Below, one piece after another: positions 1 through 9,458 of a stretch of DNA of 64,000 nt. The stretch's first letter is position 1; every line of letters starts with the position of its first letter. A program made the translations under genes and the position numbers. Under the pieces are notes generated by a model. That model ran no database searches. It had not been told where the DNA came from and saw only the letters and a program-made list of their open reading frames with translations. The DNA is from an uncultured Gemmatimonadales bacterium (GTDB lineage: Bacteria; Gemmatimonadota; Gemmatimonadetes; Longimicrobiales; Longimicrobiaceae): the NCBI GenBank assembly GCA_963716255.1, contig OY970303.1, positions 416,001 to 480,000 on the forward strand, read 5' to 3'.

Positions 1-764
1 AGGGTGTTCACCGTGTGCGTCCACCCCAGGTGGTCGTTGAAGCCGATGCCGATGAAGGGGAAGCCCACCAGCGCCGCCCCGTACACGTCCACGCCGGGCC
101 CCGCGAGCTGCGCCTCGTACCAGGTGAAGATGTCTCCCCAGGGGAGGTGCGGGTTGGCGAGGAGCATCGCGTTTCCGCCGGCGGAGCGCGACGGGGCCAC
201 CGCCCACGCGTTGGAGCCCGCCCGGGCGCCCAGGATCCCCGCCGCGACCGCGCGCGGGTCGCCCAGGAAGTTGAAGTGGATGACGCGCTGCATGTGGGCG
301 AGGACGTCCTCGCCCGTGACGGGAAGCACGGCCTCGTAGCGGTCGGCGATGCGGTCGGCGTGCGCCGCGGCGTAGGCGTTGATCCCCGCGGCGAAGGCGT
401 CCAGCCGGCGGCGCCCCTCCGGGGTCTGCGCGCGGTACCACTCCCGCGCGCGCCCGGGAATCCCCATCCTGCGGGCGGAGCGGTCGGACTCCAGGAAGCG
501 CTCCCCCCAGTACTCGGCGCCGCGCCCCCGCGCCTGCCCGTACATGCGCAGGAGAAGATCGCCGTGGCTCCGGGCCTGCGCCCACCCGAAGGCGCGCGAG
601 ATCGCCTCCTCGTCGGCCCCGTACACGTGGGGAACGCCCCAGCGGTCCCACAGGATCTCGGCCCGGGGCGGCGGACCGGCGGGCGCCGACTGCGCGGCCG
701 CCGCGGCGGCGGACACGTACGCCAGGAGGGAGACGAGCAGGAGCGTTCGCCGCGAGGATCGCAT
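1..764 (-). CDS. Penicillin acylase / Ntn-hydrolase family protein (N-terminal part; runs off the left edge)
   Basis: Hand translation from ATG at 764: signal peptide MRSSRRTLLLVSLLAYVSAAAAAAQ, then EILWDRWGVPHVYG, GWAQA, GSNAWAVAPSRSAGGNAMLLANPHLPW (Ser nucleophile motif) and IGFNDHLGWTHTVN. Not in the ORF track because it is truncated. Confidence 0.9.
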   Translation of the reverse strand, partial: MRSSRRTLLLVSLLAYVSAAAAAAQSAPAGPPPRAEILWDRWGVPHVYGADEEAISRAFGWAQARSHGDLLLRMYGQARGRGAEYWGERFLESDRSARRMGIPGRAREWYRAQTPEGRRRLDAFAAGINAYAAAHADRIADRYEAVLPVTGEDVLAHMQRVIHFNFLGDPRAVAAGILGARAGSNAWAVAPSRSAGGNAMLLANPHLPWGDIFTWYEAQLAGPGVDVYGAALVGFPFIGIGFNDHLGWTHTVNT

Positions 765-977
765 GGGACCGTAGCCGATGGATGGAAGCCGCGCAGGGGA
801 AGGCAGGCCGGACGAGGCCGACTCATCACGATAACCGCCCTCCATTTCGCGCGCAACTGTTGTCGCGAACAATGCGCATCATGCCGACGGCCGGCCGACA
901 TGCGCGTGGAGCGCCGGACCGAGTGGAGCGAAATGCCGGTCGAGCGCCTCGGCGGCGGAAGTCACGGAAAGCGAAAT

Positions 978-1008
978 CCCCAGGGCGCGCTCTTGCGGCG
1001 CCCTGGGG
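978..1008 (-). terminator. Putative intrinsic terminator downstream of tRNA-Lys
   Basis: Inverted repeat ccccagggcgc...gcgccctgggg followed on the minus strand by atttcgcttt. Confidence 0.6.
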
Positions 1009-1012
1009 ACAA

Positions 1013-1085
1013 TGGGTCGGGTGGGGCTCGAACCCACGACCATCGGATTAAAAGTCCGGTGCTCTACCAGCTGAGCTACCGACCC
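1013..1085 (-). tRNA. tRNA-Lys (anticodon TTT), CCA not encoded
   Basis: Reverse complement GGGTCGGTAGCTCAGCTGGTAGAGCACCGGACTTTTAATCCGATGGTCGTGGGTTCGAGCCCCACCCGACCCA: acceptor stem, D-arm, anticodon loop CTTTTAA, TTCGA T-loop. Confidence 0.97.
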
Positions 1086-1243
1086 ACTGCTTCACCGCGG
1101 ACGCCCGGCCAGGCCGCCGGCGCGGCGCAAGCCGCAAAGATAACGACTCGCCCCCGGCGCCTCAACCACGCGGGAACCAAACACGCGGGGCGGTCCGGCT
1201 TTGCCGGACCGCCCCGCGCTACTTGCGCATCACATCGGGAGCT

Positions 1244-1377
1244 GCGTGAGGGATTTCGGCCCGGAGGGGCGAGACCCCGCGGGCAGTTTCGCGGGGGCTC
1301 GACTCCGTTGGGCTGCGTTGTTTGCAGCCCTACGGAGCCGAAGCCCGACCCCGGCGCCAGCCGGGGGCACGCCCAAC
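1244..1377 (+). repeat. Structured ~135-nt intergenic repeat, copy 1
   Basis: gcgtgagggat...gagacc[stem]gggctcgactccgt[stem]acggagccgaagcccgaccccggcgccagccgggggcacgccc; matches seven other copies. Confidence 0.95.
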
Positions 1378-1400
1378 TCAGCCGTAGCCGTTCAATGCCG

Positions 1401-1961
1401 TCACAGCGGCCGGATGAACACGTGGGTCCAGCGCCCCTCGTACACGCCCACCCCGTGGTGGGTGAGCGCGCAGTTCTCGATGTTCCTGCGGTGCGGCGCG
1501 CTGTTCATCCAGCTGCGGTACGCCTCCGACGCCGACGACTGACCCCACGCGATGTTCTCGCCGCCGGTGCTGTAGCGGATCCCCGCCGCGGCCAGCCGCG
1601 CCCACGGGTCCTGGCCGTCCGGGTTGGTGTGCGAGAAGAAGGAGCGCACCGCCATGTCGCGGCTGTGCCGGGCCGCCACCTCGGCCACGCGCGCGTCCCA
1701 CACCAGCGCGGGGCAGCCGATGGACGCGCGGTGCGCGTTGACCAGCGACGTGAACTCCTGCTCGGCGGACGCGGAGGCGGAGCCGTCCGGCGCGGGCCCC
1801 GTGGGCGGCGCCTCGCACGCGGCGACCGCGATGGCGAGCGCGAGCGCGGCCCAGCCGCGGAGGCGGCGGGAGGAGCGGCGAGCCGGAGTGTCGGGGGTGG
1901 CGGCGGCGAGCGGGGCGGACGGACGGACGGCGCGGGGACCGGCGAGCGGAAGGTTCCTCAT
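1401..1961 (-). CDS. CAP (SCP/PR-1) domain secreted protein / lipoprotein
   Basis: LVNAHRAS, AARHSRDMA, FFSHTNPDG, GENIAWGQ, WMNSAPHRRNI are CAP motifs. Lipobox-like VAAC. RBS gagga before ATG at 1961. Confidence 0.92.
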   Translation of the reverse strand: MRNLPLAGPRAVRPSAPLAAATPDTPARRSSRRLRGWAALALAIAVAACEAPPTGPAPDGSASASAEQEFTSLVNAHRASIGCPALVWDARVAEVAARHSRDMAVRSFFSHTNPDGQDPWARLAAAGIRYSTGGENIAWGQSSASEAYRSWMNSAPHRRNIENCALTHHGVGVYEGRWTHVFIRPL

Positions 1962-1972
1962 GGGGGATTCCT

Positions 1973-2065
1973 CTTCGGCGGCTCGACTGGCGTGGCGGAC
2001 GCGGGTGCGTCCACGGTAGCCTCGAAGCTTTGCGTCCCCGCCTTTCGACGGGTTTGCCGTTGTCG
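1973..2065 (-). promoter_or_regulatory. c-di-GMP-I (GEMM-I) riboswitch
   Basis: Minus strand ...acaacGGCAAACCcgtcGAAAggcgGGGACGCAAAGCttcgaggCTAcc...ccagtcgagccgccgaag carries the GGCAAACC, GAAA tetraloop and GGGACGCAAAG hallmarks. It ends at the RBS of the CAP gene. Confidence 0.88.
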
Positions 2066-2214
2066 GAGGTGCTCCGGCCCCCCTGTGGGCCAGGGCTGGG
2101 TGGTCCGGCACGGGCGGGCGCCCGCGGACCGTTTTCGAACGTTGAAAAAAGATTGCGCCACCGACCCGAATCGGTCAACCCCCCGGCGGGGGACCGGCCT
2201 CTCGCCGGAGACCC

Positions 2215-2350
2215 GCGTGAGGGATTCCGGCCCGAAGGGGCGAGACCCGGCGGCCGTTTGCCGGGGCTCGACTCCGTTGCAAACGGTAGTATCGTTTGCT
2301 ACGGAGCCGAAGCCCGACCCCGGCGCCAGCCGGGGGCACGCCCGAACCCG
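2215..2350 (+). repeat. Structured ~135-nt intergenic repeat, copy 2
   Basis: Same frame as copy 1 with different but paired stems (gcaaacg/cgtttgc; ccggc/gccgg). Confidence 0.95.
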
Positions 2351-2360
2351 CCGGAATCCG

Positions 2361-3800
2361 TCAATCGGCAAGCTCCAGCAGCGCGCCGACCTCCGCCCCC
2401 TGGCGCGTGTTCACCACCCCCCGCCCCCCACCCTGCGGCTGCATCCGCATCAGCGCCCCGCCGAACCGGCTCCCGAAGGCGAACAGCCCCCAGACGACGT
2501 CGTACGGCGCCACCCCCGACGCCCCGCTCTGGCGCGTGTACGGCACCGTCTCCAGGTACTCCTGCACCACCCAGTCGTTCTCGCGCAGCGCCCGCTCCAC
2601 CCCCTCCCGCCACTCCTCGTCGGTGCGGAACCGGCCTATGTGCACCTGGCTGCCCCCCAGCGCGGTGGCCTTCTTGAGCACGAACTCCGCGCGGCGCTCC
2701 ACCACGTCTTCCGGGATGCGCAGCGGTGCCCCGCGGAACACGCTGTCGGCCGGGAGGAGGCGGCGGGTCCAGGGAACGTGCTTCTCGATCAGGTCGCGCT
2801 CCGCCCGGGTGTACTCGCCGGACCCGGCGTTCTCGGAGATCAGGGCGAGGTTGCGCTTGTCCAGCAGGAGCGCGGTGACGGGCCCGCTGAACAGGTTGAT
2901 GCGCCCCTGCTTGAAGTGCCGGATCACCAGCTGCATGTCGCTGACGCCGCCGTGCTGCTCCACCGCGGTGTGCACCGGGACGCCGTCGAGGTTGAGCACG
3001 CCGTCGGTTTCCACCAGGTCCTCCGGCGCGCACAGGAGCACCCGCCCGACGGTGGGCCGGCCGTCCTCGGCCATGGCGCGGTCCATCTCCCGCTGGTACA
3101 GCTCCGGGTCGTGCAGCGCCACCTGGTCGTCGTAGTGCGGCCGCACCATCATGGCCACGTTGAACTCGCCTTCCTTCCAGGCGCCCATGCGGGCCGTGTC
3201 GTCCAGCAGGTGCCGGAAGAGGGCCCCCAGCGTGCGGGGCGGGCGCACGGCGATCCCCCGCTCCTCCAGGAAGCGGCGGAGCTCCGGGGAGCTGCGGTAC
3301 AGCTCGCCCACCCCGTGGGAGGAGAGCCCGCCCAGGAAGCTGCCAGCGTTGAACTCGATGCACTTGAGCCCGTCCGCCGTCTCGATGTAGTCGGCGCGGG
3401 AAAGGGCGCCCTCGATCCCGGTGGGCTCCTGGAGGACGAGGTCGAGCTGCTCCGGGTCCATCTCCAGGGCGATGATCTCGGACGGGTCCATCTCCTCCAG
3501 GGCGTTGGAGCGGTAGTACTCGCTCACCGCCGCCGGGCCGCCGCGGAGGAAGCGGAGAAGCGTGCTCTTGACCAGCCGGTCGATGCCGAGCGCCACCTCC
3601 CCCATCTCGCGCGCCTGCTCCGGCCCGATGAAGATGGGCCAGGGCTGGAGGGTGAACTTGCGGTAGACGGGGTCGGCGCCGAGCGAGGGGAAGGTGGCCC
3701 GCTCCAGGTACTCCGGGTTGCGCCTCACGAACTCCATGAAGTCGCGGTTGACCTCCGACCACCGCGTGTGGACCGGGCTCGCTTCGGCCTGGGAAGGCAT
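2361..3800 (-). CDS. Circularly permuted ATP-grasp / glutathionylspermidine-synthase-like amide ligase
   Basis: SRADYI...LKCIEFNAGS, FVLKKATALGGSQVHIG, WVVQEYL and VVNTRQGA motifs. Confidence 0.7.
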   Translation of the reverse strand: MPSQAEASPVHTRWSEVNRDFMEFVRRNPEYLERATFPSLGADPVYRKFTLQPWPIFIGPEQAREMGEVALGIDRLVKSTLLRFLRGGPAAVSEYYRSNALEEMDPSEIIALEMDPEQLDLVLQEPTGIEGALSRADYIETADGLKCIEFNAGSFLGGLSSHGVGELYRSSPELRRFLEERGIAVRPPRTLGALFRHLLDDTARMGAWKEGEFNVAMMVRPHYDDQVALHDPELYQREMDRAMAEDGRPTVGRVLLCAPEDLVETDGVLNLDGVPVHTAVEQHGGVSDMQLVIRHFKQGRINLFSGPVTALLLDKRNLALISENAGSGEYTRAERDLIEKHVPWTRRLLPADSVFRGAPLRIPEDVVERRAEFVLKKATALGGSQVHIGRFRTDEEWREGVERALRENDWVVQEYLETVPYTRQSGASGVAPYDVVWGLFAFGSRFGGALMRMQPQGGGRGVVNTRQGAEVGALLELAD

Positions 3801-3965
3801 CTGGGGATCTCGGGGCTGGATGGTGCGGACGGGCGCGCGGACGGTCCCGCGCCACCCGGGGTGGTGCCGGCAAGTATACTACGGCGCGGGCGGGCTCCGC
3901 GCACGGGGCCCGCCCTTCCGGGCGCGGCGGGCCGCCGCGGAGCGCCCGCGGCGGCCCGGGGCCGG

Positions 3966-6272
3966 CTACTTCCGGGTGATGCGCATGCCGTTGGGAGCGA
4001 CGCCCGGCTTCACCTCGGCCGGCTTCGGCGCCTCGCGGGCGGCGGGCGCCGCCCCCCGCCGCTCGTCGCGGCCGCCGCCCCGGGGGCGCTCCTCGCGGCG
4101 GGACGCGCTGCCGCCTCCGCCTCCCCCGCCGCTCCCCCGCCCCGCCCCCGACTTCATGCTCAGCGCGATGCGGTTGCGCGGCACGTCCACCGAGAGCACC
4201 CGAACCGTCACCCGGTCGCCCACCTTCGCCACCTCGTTGGGGTCGCGCACGAAGCGGTCCGACATCTCGGACACGTGCACCAGCCCGTCCTGGTGGACGC
4301 CCACGTCCACGAACGCCCCGAAGGCCACCACGTTGGTGATCGTCCCCTGGAGCGTCATCCCCTCCCTGAGGTCGGCCACCTTCTGCACGTCGTCGCGGAA
4401 GGCCGGCGCCTCGAAGGCGCTGCGCGGATCGCGCCCCGGCTTCTTCAGCTCGGCGACGATGTCCTCCAGCGTGGGGAGCCCCACCCCGTCGCCCACGTAC
4501 CTGCGCGGCTCGATGCGGCGGATGGCCTCCTCGTTCCCCACCAGCGAGTCCAGCCCCACCCCCAGGTCGCGGGCGATGGCCTCCACCAGCGCATAGCGCT
4601 CCGGGTGCACCGCGGAGCCGTCCAGCGGGTGCTCGCCGCCACGCACGCGCAGGAAGCCGACCGCCTGCTCGAAGGTCCGCGGCCCCAGCCCCGGGACCCT
4701 GAGGATCTGCCTGCGCGAGCGGAAGGCCCCCTCCCGGTCGCGCGTCTCGGCGATGCGCTGCGCCACCGAGGGCCCGATCCCCGCCACGTAGGCCAGGAGC
4801 GAGGGCGAGGCGGTGTTGACCTCCACCCCCACCCGGTTCACACAGCTCTCCACCGTCTCGTCCAGCCGCCGCTTGAGCCGCGTCTGCGACACGTCGTGCT
4901 GGTACTGTCCCACCCCGATGGACTTGGGGTCGATCTTGACCAGCTCCGCCAGCGGGTCCTGGAGCCGCCGCGCGATGGACACCGCCGAGCGCAGGGTGAG
5001 GTCCAGCTCCGGGAACTCCTCGCGCGCCAGGTCGGACGCCGAGTACACCGAGGCGCCCGCCTCGTTGACCATCACCACCGTCGGCCGCTGTTCGGCCGGC
5101 AGCTCGCGCACGGTCTCGCGCAGCAGCGCGTCCGTCTCGCGGCTGGCCGTGCCGTTCCCCACCGCCACCAGCTCTACCGAGTGCTCGCGGATCATGCGCG
5201 CGAGGTCCTTCCGGGCGCGGTCCTCCTGGTGGAGGTACACGTGCCCGGTGGCGAGCAGCGAGCCGGTGCGGCTCACCACCGCGAGCTTGCAGCCGGTCCG
5301 GTACCCGGGATCGACTCCCAGCACCGTCTTCTCCCCCGCGGGCGACGACAGCAGCAGCGCCTCAAGGTTCTGCCCGAAGATGAGGATGGCCTCCTCGTCC
5401 GCGCGCGTCTTCAGCTCCATGCGCAGCTCCACCTCCACCGAGGCGGCGATCAGCCGGCGGTACGCGTCCTCCACGGCGGCGCGCATCTGCTCCGGCGCGC
5501 GCGACGGGGCCACGAAGCGCTGCGCCAGCCCCGCCGCGATCTCCTCCTCCGGCGCCACCACCCGGGCCACCAGGAACTCCTCCGCCTCGCCGCGGCGGAC
5601 CGCCAGCACGCGGTGCCCGGGGAGGTCCCGGATGGGCTGCGAGAAGTCGTAGTAGTCCTGGAACTTGGAGGTTTCCTTCTCCCTGCCGCGCGCCGCCCGG
5701 CTTTCCAGCACGCCGCGCTCGCGGGTGCGCTCGCGCACGAACGCCCGCGCCGCCGCGTCGTCCGCCACGCGCTCCGCGACGATGTCGCGCGCCCCCGCCA
5801 GCGCGTCCTCGGCGGAGCCTACCTCCCTCGCCGGGTCCACGAAATTCGCCGCGGCCGCCCGCAGCTCCGCGTCCGTCGTCGCGCCCGCCCACAGCAGCTC
5901 CGCCAGCGGCTCCAGGCCGCGCTCCGCGGCGATGGTGGCCCGCGTGCGGCGCTTGGGCTTGTACGGGCGGTACAGGTCCTCCAGCGCCGACTTGGTGTCC
6001 GCGCGCTCCATGGCGGCGCGCAGCTCCGGCGTCAGCTTCCCCTGCTCCTCCACCGACTGGAGGATGGCGCGGCGCCGCTCGTCCAGCTCGCCCAGGTACT
6101 CGTGGCGGTCGCGGACGTCGCGGATCTGCACCTCGTCCAGCTCGCCCGTGGCTTCCTTGCGGTAGCGGGCGACGAAGGGGATGGTGTTCCCCTCCAGCAG
6201 GAGATCCAGCGCGGCGCGCACCTGGTTGACGCGGAGTCCAAGCTCGGCGGCGATCTTTTCAGCGTACGGCAT
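3966..6272 (-). CDS. tex: Tex family RNA-binding transcriptional accessory protein
   Basis: NTIPFVARYRKEATG, LEDLYRPYK, GVDPGYRTGCK, EAGASVYSAS, IGVGQYQHDV, C-terminal S1 domain. Confidence 0.97.
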   Translation of the reverse strand: MPYAEKIAAELGLRVNQVRAALDLLLEGNTIPFVARYRKEATGELDEVQIRDVRDRHEYLGELDERRRAILQSVEEQGKLTPELRAAMERADTKSALEDLYRPYKPKRRTRATIAAERGLEPLAELLWAGATTDAELRAAAANFVDPAREVGSAEDALAGARDIVAERVADDAAARAFVRERTRERGVLESRAARGREKETSKFQDYYDFSQPIRDLPGHRVLAVRRGEAEEFLVARVVAPEEEIAAGLAQRFVAPSRAPEQMRAAVEDAYRRLIAASVEVELRMELKTRADEEAILIFGQNLEALLLSSPAGEKTVLGVDPGYRTGCKLAVVSRTGSLLATGHVYLHQEDRARKDLARMIREHSVELVAVGNGTASRETDALLRETVRELPAEQRPTVVMVNEAGASVYSASDLAREEFPELDLTLRSAVSIARRLQDPLAELVKIDPKSIGVGQYQHDVSQTRLKRRLDETVESCVNRVGVEVNTASPSLLAYVAGIGPSVAQRIAETRDREGAFRSRRQILRVPGLGPRTFEQAVGFLRVRGGEHPLDGSAVHPERYALVEAIARDLGVGLDSLVGNEEAIRRIEPRRYVGDGVGLPTLEDIVAELKKPGRDPRSAFEAPAFRDDVQKVADLREGMTLQGTITNVVAFGAFVDVGVHQDGLVHVSEMSDRFVRDPNEVAKVGDRVTVRVLSVDVPRNRIALSMKSGAGRGSGGGGGGGSASRREERPRGGGRDERRGAAPAAREAPKPAEVKPGVAPNGMRITRK

Positions 6273-6311
6273 CGGTTGAATCTGAACGTTGAGCGAACCG
6301 CCCTGTCGACG

Positions 6312-6450
6312 GCGGGTTCGGGCGTGCCCCCGGCTGGCGCCGGGGTCGGGCTTCGGCTCCGTAACGCAGCAAACAACGCTGCGTAACGGAGTCGAGCCCC
6401 CGCGAAACTACCCGCGGGGTCTCGCCCCTTCGGGCCGGAATCCCTCACGC
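6312..6450 (-). repeat. Structured ~135-nt intergenic repeat, copy 3
   Basis: Reverse-complement match; variable stem acgcagc/gctgcgt. Confidence 0.95.
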
Positions 6451-6565
6451 GGGGCTCGCGCCGGGGGCAGCTACGACAAGTTAATCGGAGAGATCGAAGG
6501 AAGGCAGACTGGACAACCGGCAGACCCGTCGCACGAGGCCGGCACGCCGCGAACCGCCGTCGCAG

Positions 6566-6588
6566 TTGCAGGCTGTTCCCTGTTCCCT
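6566..6588 (-). repeat. Short repeat (gggaaca)2-gcctgcaac, second copy at ~16384-16407
   Basis: gttgcaggctgttccctgttccct is the reverse complement of agggaacagggaacagcctgcaac at 16384. Confidence 0.7.
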
Positions 6589-6595
6589 GCCGTCC

Positions 6596-7018
6596 TCAGT
6601 CCTCCGCCGCCGTGTTGAGCGCGTGGTGGTGCGTCCCGTACCAGGCCCCGAAGACCGCGGCCGCGATCTGGAGGAGGAGGGTCGCCGCGGCGACGGTGGG
6701 GTTGAGGCCCGTCCACTCCGCCGCGTCGACCGCCTGGGCGAGCAGGTTGGCGAGAAACCACACCACCAGCGAGAACAGGCCGATCCCCACCCCGTGCAGC
6801 ACCGGGGCCTCCCCCGTGCGCCACCCCACCAGCCACCCCCCGCAGAAGAACCCCACCAGCACCGCCAGGAGCACCCACCCGTTCCCGGAGTCAGCCGCGG
6901 GGTGGACGAGCCCCACGGCGGACATCCCCACCAGCGCCAGCCCCGTGACCGCGGCGGCGGCGAACCAGCCGAAGGCGACCCACGACGGGCGGACGTTCTG
7001 GAGGTGCTCGGTCTGCAT
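6596..7018 (-). CDS. Small 4-TM membrane protein, function unknown
   Basis: Four hydrophobic segments; directly follows rnhB. Confidence 0.8.
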   Translation of the reverse strand: MQTEHLQNVRPSWVAFGWFAAAAVTGLALVGMSAVGLVHPAADSGNGWVLLAVLVGFFCGGWLVGWRTGEAPVLHGVGIGLFSLVVWFLANLLAQAVDAAEWTGLNPTVAAATLLLQIAAAVFGAWYGTHHHALNTAAED

Positions 7019-7022
7019 GGGG

Positions 7023-7676
7023 TCAGCGTCCGTTCAGGGTGAGCTGCACCGGCGCGAAGGAGCGCCGGTGGTGCGGCGTGGGGCCCAGGCGCGCGAGCGC
7101 GTCCAGGTGCTCCGGGGTGCCGTACCCCTTGTTGCGCTCCCACCCGTAGCCGGGGTAGCGCGTCGCCAGGCGGGTCATCAGCCGGTCGCGTACCACCTTG
7201 GCGAGGATGGACGCGCAGGAGATACAGTGCACCAGCCGGTCGCCCTCCACCACCGCCGTGTGCGTGTCCGGCCCCAGCTCCTTCACCGGCAGCCCGTCCA
7301 CCAGCAGGTGGTCCGGCCGCACCGGGAGCCGCGCCACGGCACGCTGCATGGCGAGTGCCGTCGCGCGGCGGATGTTGATGGCGTCGATCTCGCGCGCCGA
7401 GGCGGCGCCCACCCCGAAGGCCACGGCGCACGCGCAGATCTCCTCCACCAGCTCCACGCGCCGCTCCGCCGCCAGACGCTTGCTGTCGTCCGCCCCGTCC
7501 ACGCACCTCCCCTCCGGCAGGATCACCGCGGCGGCCACCACCGGCCCGGCGAGCGGCCCCCGCCCCACCTCGTCCACCCCGGCCAGCACGGAAACGCCGC
7601 GGCTCCAGAACCCGCGCTCGATGGAGAGCCGGTCCCGGAGCCGTTCGTCGTCACCTGCCGACGCCTTTCTAGCCAT
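7023..7676 (-). CDS. rnhB: Ribonuclease HII
   Basis: GVDEVGRGPLAGPVVAAAV, DSKRL, ASILAKVVRD, NKGYGTPEH. Start placed at the ATG at 7676. Confidence 0.96.
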   Translation of the reverse strand: MARKASAGDDERLRDRLSIERGFWSRGVSVLAGVDEVGRGPLAGPVVAAAVILPEGRCVDGADDSKRLAAERRVELVEEICACAVAFGVGAASAREIDAINIRRATALAMQRAVARLPVRPDHLLVDGLPVKELGPDTHTAVVEGDRLVHCISCASILAKVVRDRLMTRLATRYPGYGWERNKGYGTPEHLDALARLGPTPHHRRSFAPVQLTLNGR

Positions 7677-7909
7677 CGAGCCGTTGCCGTTTGTCGACCC
7701 CGGCAGGATGCCACGGCGAAGGAAAATCGCGTGAATCAAGGCGGAGCCGAGGAGCGACCGAAACGTACTTCATGTACGTCGCAGGGAGCCCCGCAGGCGA
7801 CAACGCAGAGTCACGCGATTTTCCGAGCCGCTCACACTAGTGGGGCACCACGAGTGAGTTGATGGGGTATCCTTCGGCTTTGGGTACGCAGTTGTACAGG
7901 AGCCGAAGG

Positions 7910-8365
7910 ATGACGAAGCGGTACAAGGTGAAGCTGACGGAGCAGGAGCGCAGCGATCTGCTTGTGCTCACGCGCAAGGGGAAGGCAAGCGCGCGGCGGA
8001 TCAAACGCGCTCTGGTGGTGCTGCGCTCCGACGAGGGTGCCACGGACGAGCAGATCGTCGCGGGCGTGGGCGTCGGGGTCGCTACGGTGGAGCGCATCCG
8101 CAAGCGCTTCGTGGAAGAAGGGCTGGAGGCGGCTCTCTCAGAGAAACCCCGCCCGCCGATGCCGCCGAAGCTGACAGGCAAAGCGGAGGCCCTGCTCCTG
8201 GCGCTGGCCTGCAGCGACGTGCCTGGTGGGCGCGCCCGCTGGAGCATGCAGATGCTCGCGGACCGGCTGGTGGAACTGGGGGCGGTGGACTCGATCTCGG
8301 ATGAGACGGTGCGCCGCACGCTCAAAAAAGCAAGACGAAGCCGTGGCAGCGCCAGCAGTGGCTGA
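7910..8365 (+). CDS. IS630 transposase OrfA (HTH)
   Basis: MTKRYKVKLTEQER...TVERIRKRFVEEGLEAAL...RWSMQMLADRLVEL...ISDETVRRTLKK; A6G slippery site at 8324-8330. Confidence 0.92.
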   Translation: MTKRYKVKLTEQERSDLLVLTRKGKASARRIKRALVVLRSDEGATDEQIVAGVGVGVATVERIRKRFVEEGLEAALSEKPRPPMPPKLTGKAEALLLALACSDVPGGRARWSMQMLADRLVELGAVDSISDETVRRTLKKARRSRGSASSG

Positions 8366-9027
8366 TCCCGGAGATCACGGCCGAATTCGTCTGGCGGATG
8401 GAGGACGTGCTCGACCTGTATGCAGAGCCGAACGACCCGAAGCGGCCGCGTGTGGCCTTTGACGAGATGCCTCTGCAACTTCTGTCCGAGGTGCGCATGC
8501 CGCTGCCGGCGCGACCGGGGCAGGCCGAGCGGTTCGACTACGAGTACCGGCGCGAAGGCACGTGCAACCTCTTCCTCTTCTTCAGCCCCGACACCGCCTG
8601 GCGAGAGGTCAAGGTCACGCAGCGGCGCACCGCGATCGACTTCGCCCACTGCATGCGGGATCTGGTGGACGTGCATTTTCCGGAGGCGGAGAAGGTCCGC
8701 GTGGTGCTGGACAACCTGAACACGCACACGCCGGCCTCGCTCTACCAGGCGTTCGCGCCCGAGGAAGCAAGCCGGATCGCAAAGCGCCTGGAGTTGCACC
8801 ACACGCCCAAGCATGCAAGCTGGTTGAACATGGCCGAGGTGGAGTTCTCCGTGCTCGGCACTCAATGCTTGGACCGGCGCCTGCCCAGCATGGAAGTCGT
8901 GCAGCGTGAAACCGCCGTCTGGTGCCGCGACCGCAACGGCAGCAAGGCCACGATTCAGTGGCGTTTCACAACCGCCAAGGCTCGGGAGAAGTTCTCCTCC
9001 CGATACCCATCACCTCAGCCGGGGTGA
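8329..9027 (+). CDS. IS630 transposase OrfB (DDE), joined to OrfA by -1 frameshift
   Basis: KPWQRQQWLIP...FVWRMEDVLDLY...FDEMP...VVLDNLNTH...TPKHASWLNMAEVE, in the -1 frame relative to OrfA. Confidence 0.92.
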   Translation, partial: SKTKPWQRQQWLIPEITAEFVWRMEDVLDLYAEPNDPKRPRVAFDEMPLQLLSEVRMPLPARPGQAERFDYEYRREGTCNLFLFFSPDTAWREVKVTQRRTAIDFAHCMRDLVDVHFPEAEKVRVVLDNLNTHTPASLYQAFAPEEASRIAKRLELHHTPKHASWLNMAEVEFSVLGTQCLDRRLPSMEVVQRETAVWCRDRNGSKATIQWRFTTAKAREKFSSRYPSPQPG

Positions 9028-9031
9028 TCCA

Positions 9032-9379
9032 CTAGCGGGTGCGGAGCTCCTTGATTCGCGCCGCCTTGCCGCGGAGGGCGCGCAGGTAGTACAGCTTCGC
9101 CCGGCGCACGCGGCCCTGACGGACCACGTCGATGGTGGCGATCATGGGGGAGTGCAGCGGAAAGGTGCGCTCCACGCCGATGCCGTTGGAGATCTTGCGG
9201 ACCTTGAAGGTCTCCGAGATCCCGCCGTGCTTGCGGGCGATGCAGACGCCCTCGAAGGCCTGGATCCGCTCCTTTTCGCCCTCGCGGACGCGGACGTTGA
9301 CGCGGAGCGTGTCCCCCGGACGGAACTGGGGGAGGTCGGTCCGCATGTACTCCTGCTGGGTCTCGATGAACGGGTGCAT
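9032..9379 (-). CDS. rplS: 50S ribosomal protein L19
   Basis: [11 protein letters not shown]...[11 protein letters not shown]...[11 protein letters not shown]...[12 protein letters not shown]. Confidence 0.98.
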   Translation of the reverse strand: MHPFIETQQEYMRTDLPQFRPGDTLRVNVRVREGEKERIQAFEGVCIARKHGGISETFKVRKISNGIGVERTFPLHSPMIATIDVVRQGRVRRAKLYYLRALRGKAARIKELRTR

Positions 9380-9458
9380 TGTGTCGCCCTTGGTGTTCTG
9401 AAAAGTGGAGAGGTTGAGCCGGCCGCCCACCGGGTCCGCGGGGGCACGACGCCCAACG

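Larger units (their letters stand above)
7840..9032 (+). mobile_element. IS630-family insertion sequence
   Basis: Imperfect TIRs gtggggcaccacgagtgagttgatggggtatc / rc gtggatcaccccggctgaggtgatgggtatcg; TA duplication at 7838-7839 and 9033-9034 in CTAG context; two-ORF transposase. Confidence 0.95.

Noticed and set aside
1013..1085. tRNA-Lys as an integration site for an island
   Set aside because: No integrase and no duplicated tRNA 3' end seen in the window.
15..6386. 2123-aa plus-strand ORF
   Set aside because: Shadow ORF antisense to real genes and spanning a tRNA; stop codons are rare at this GC content.
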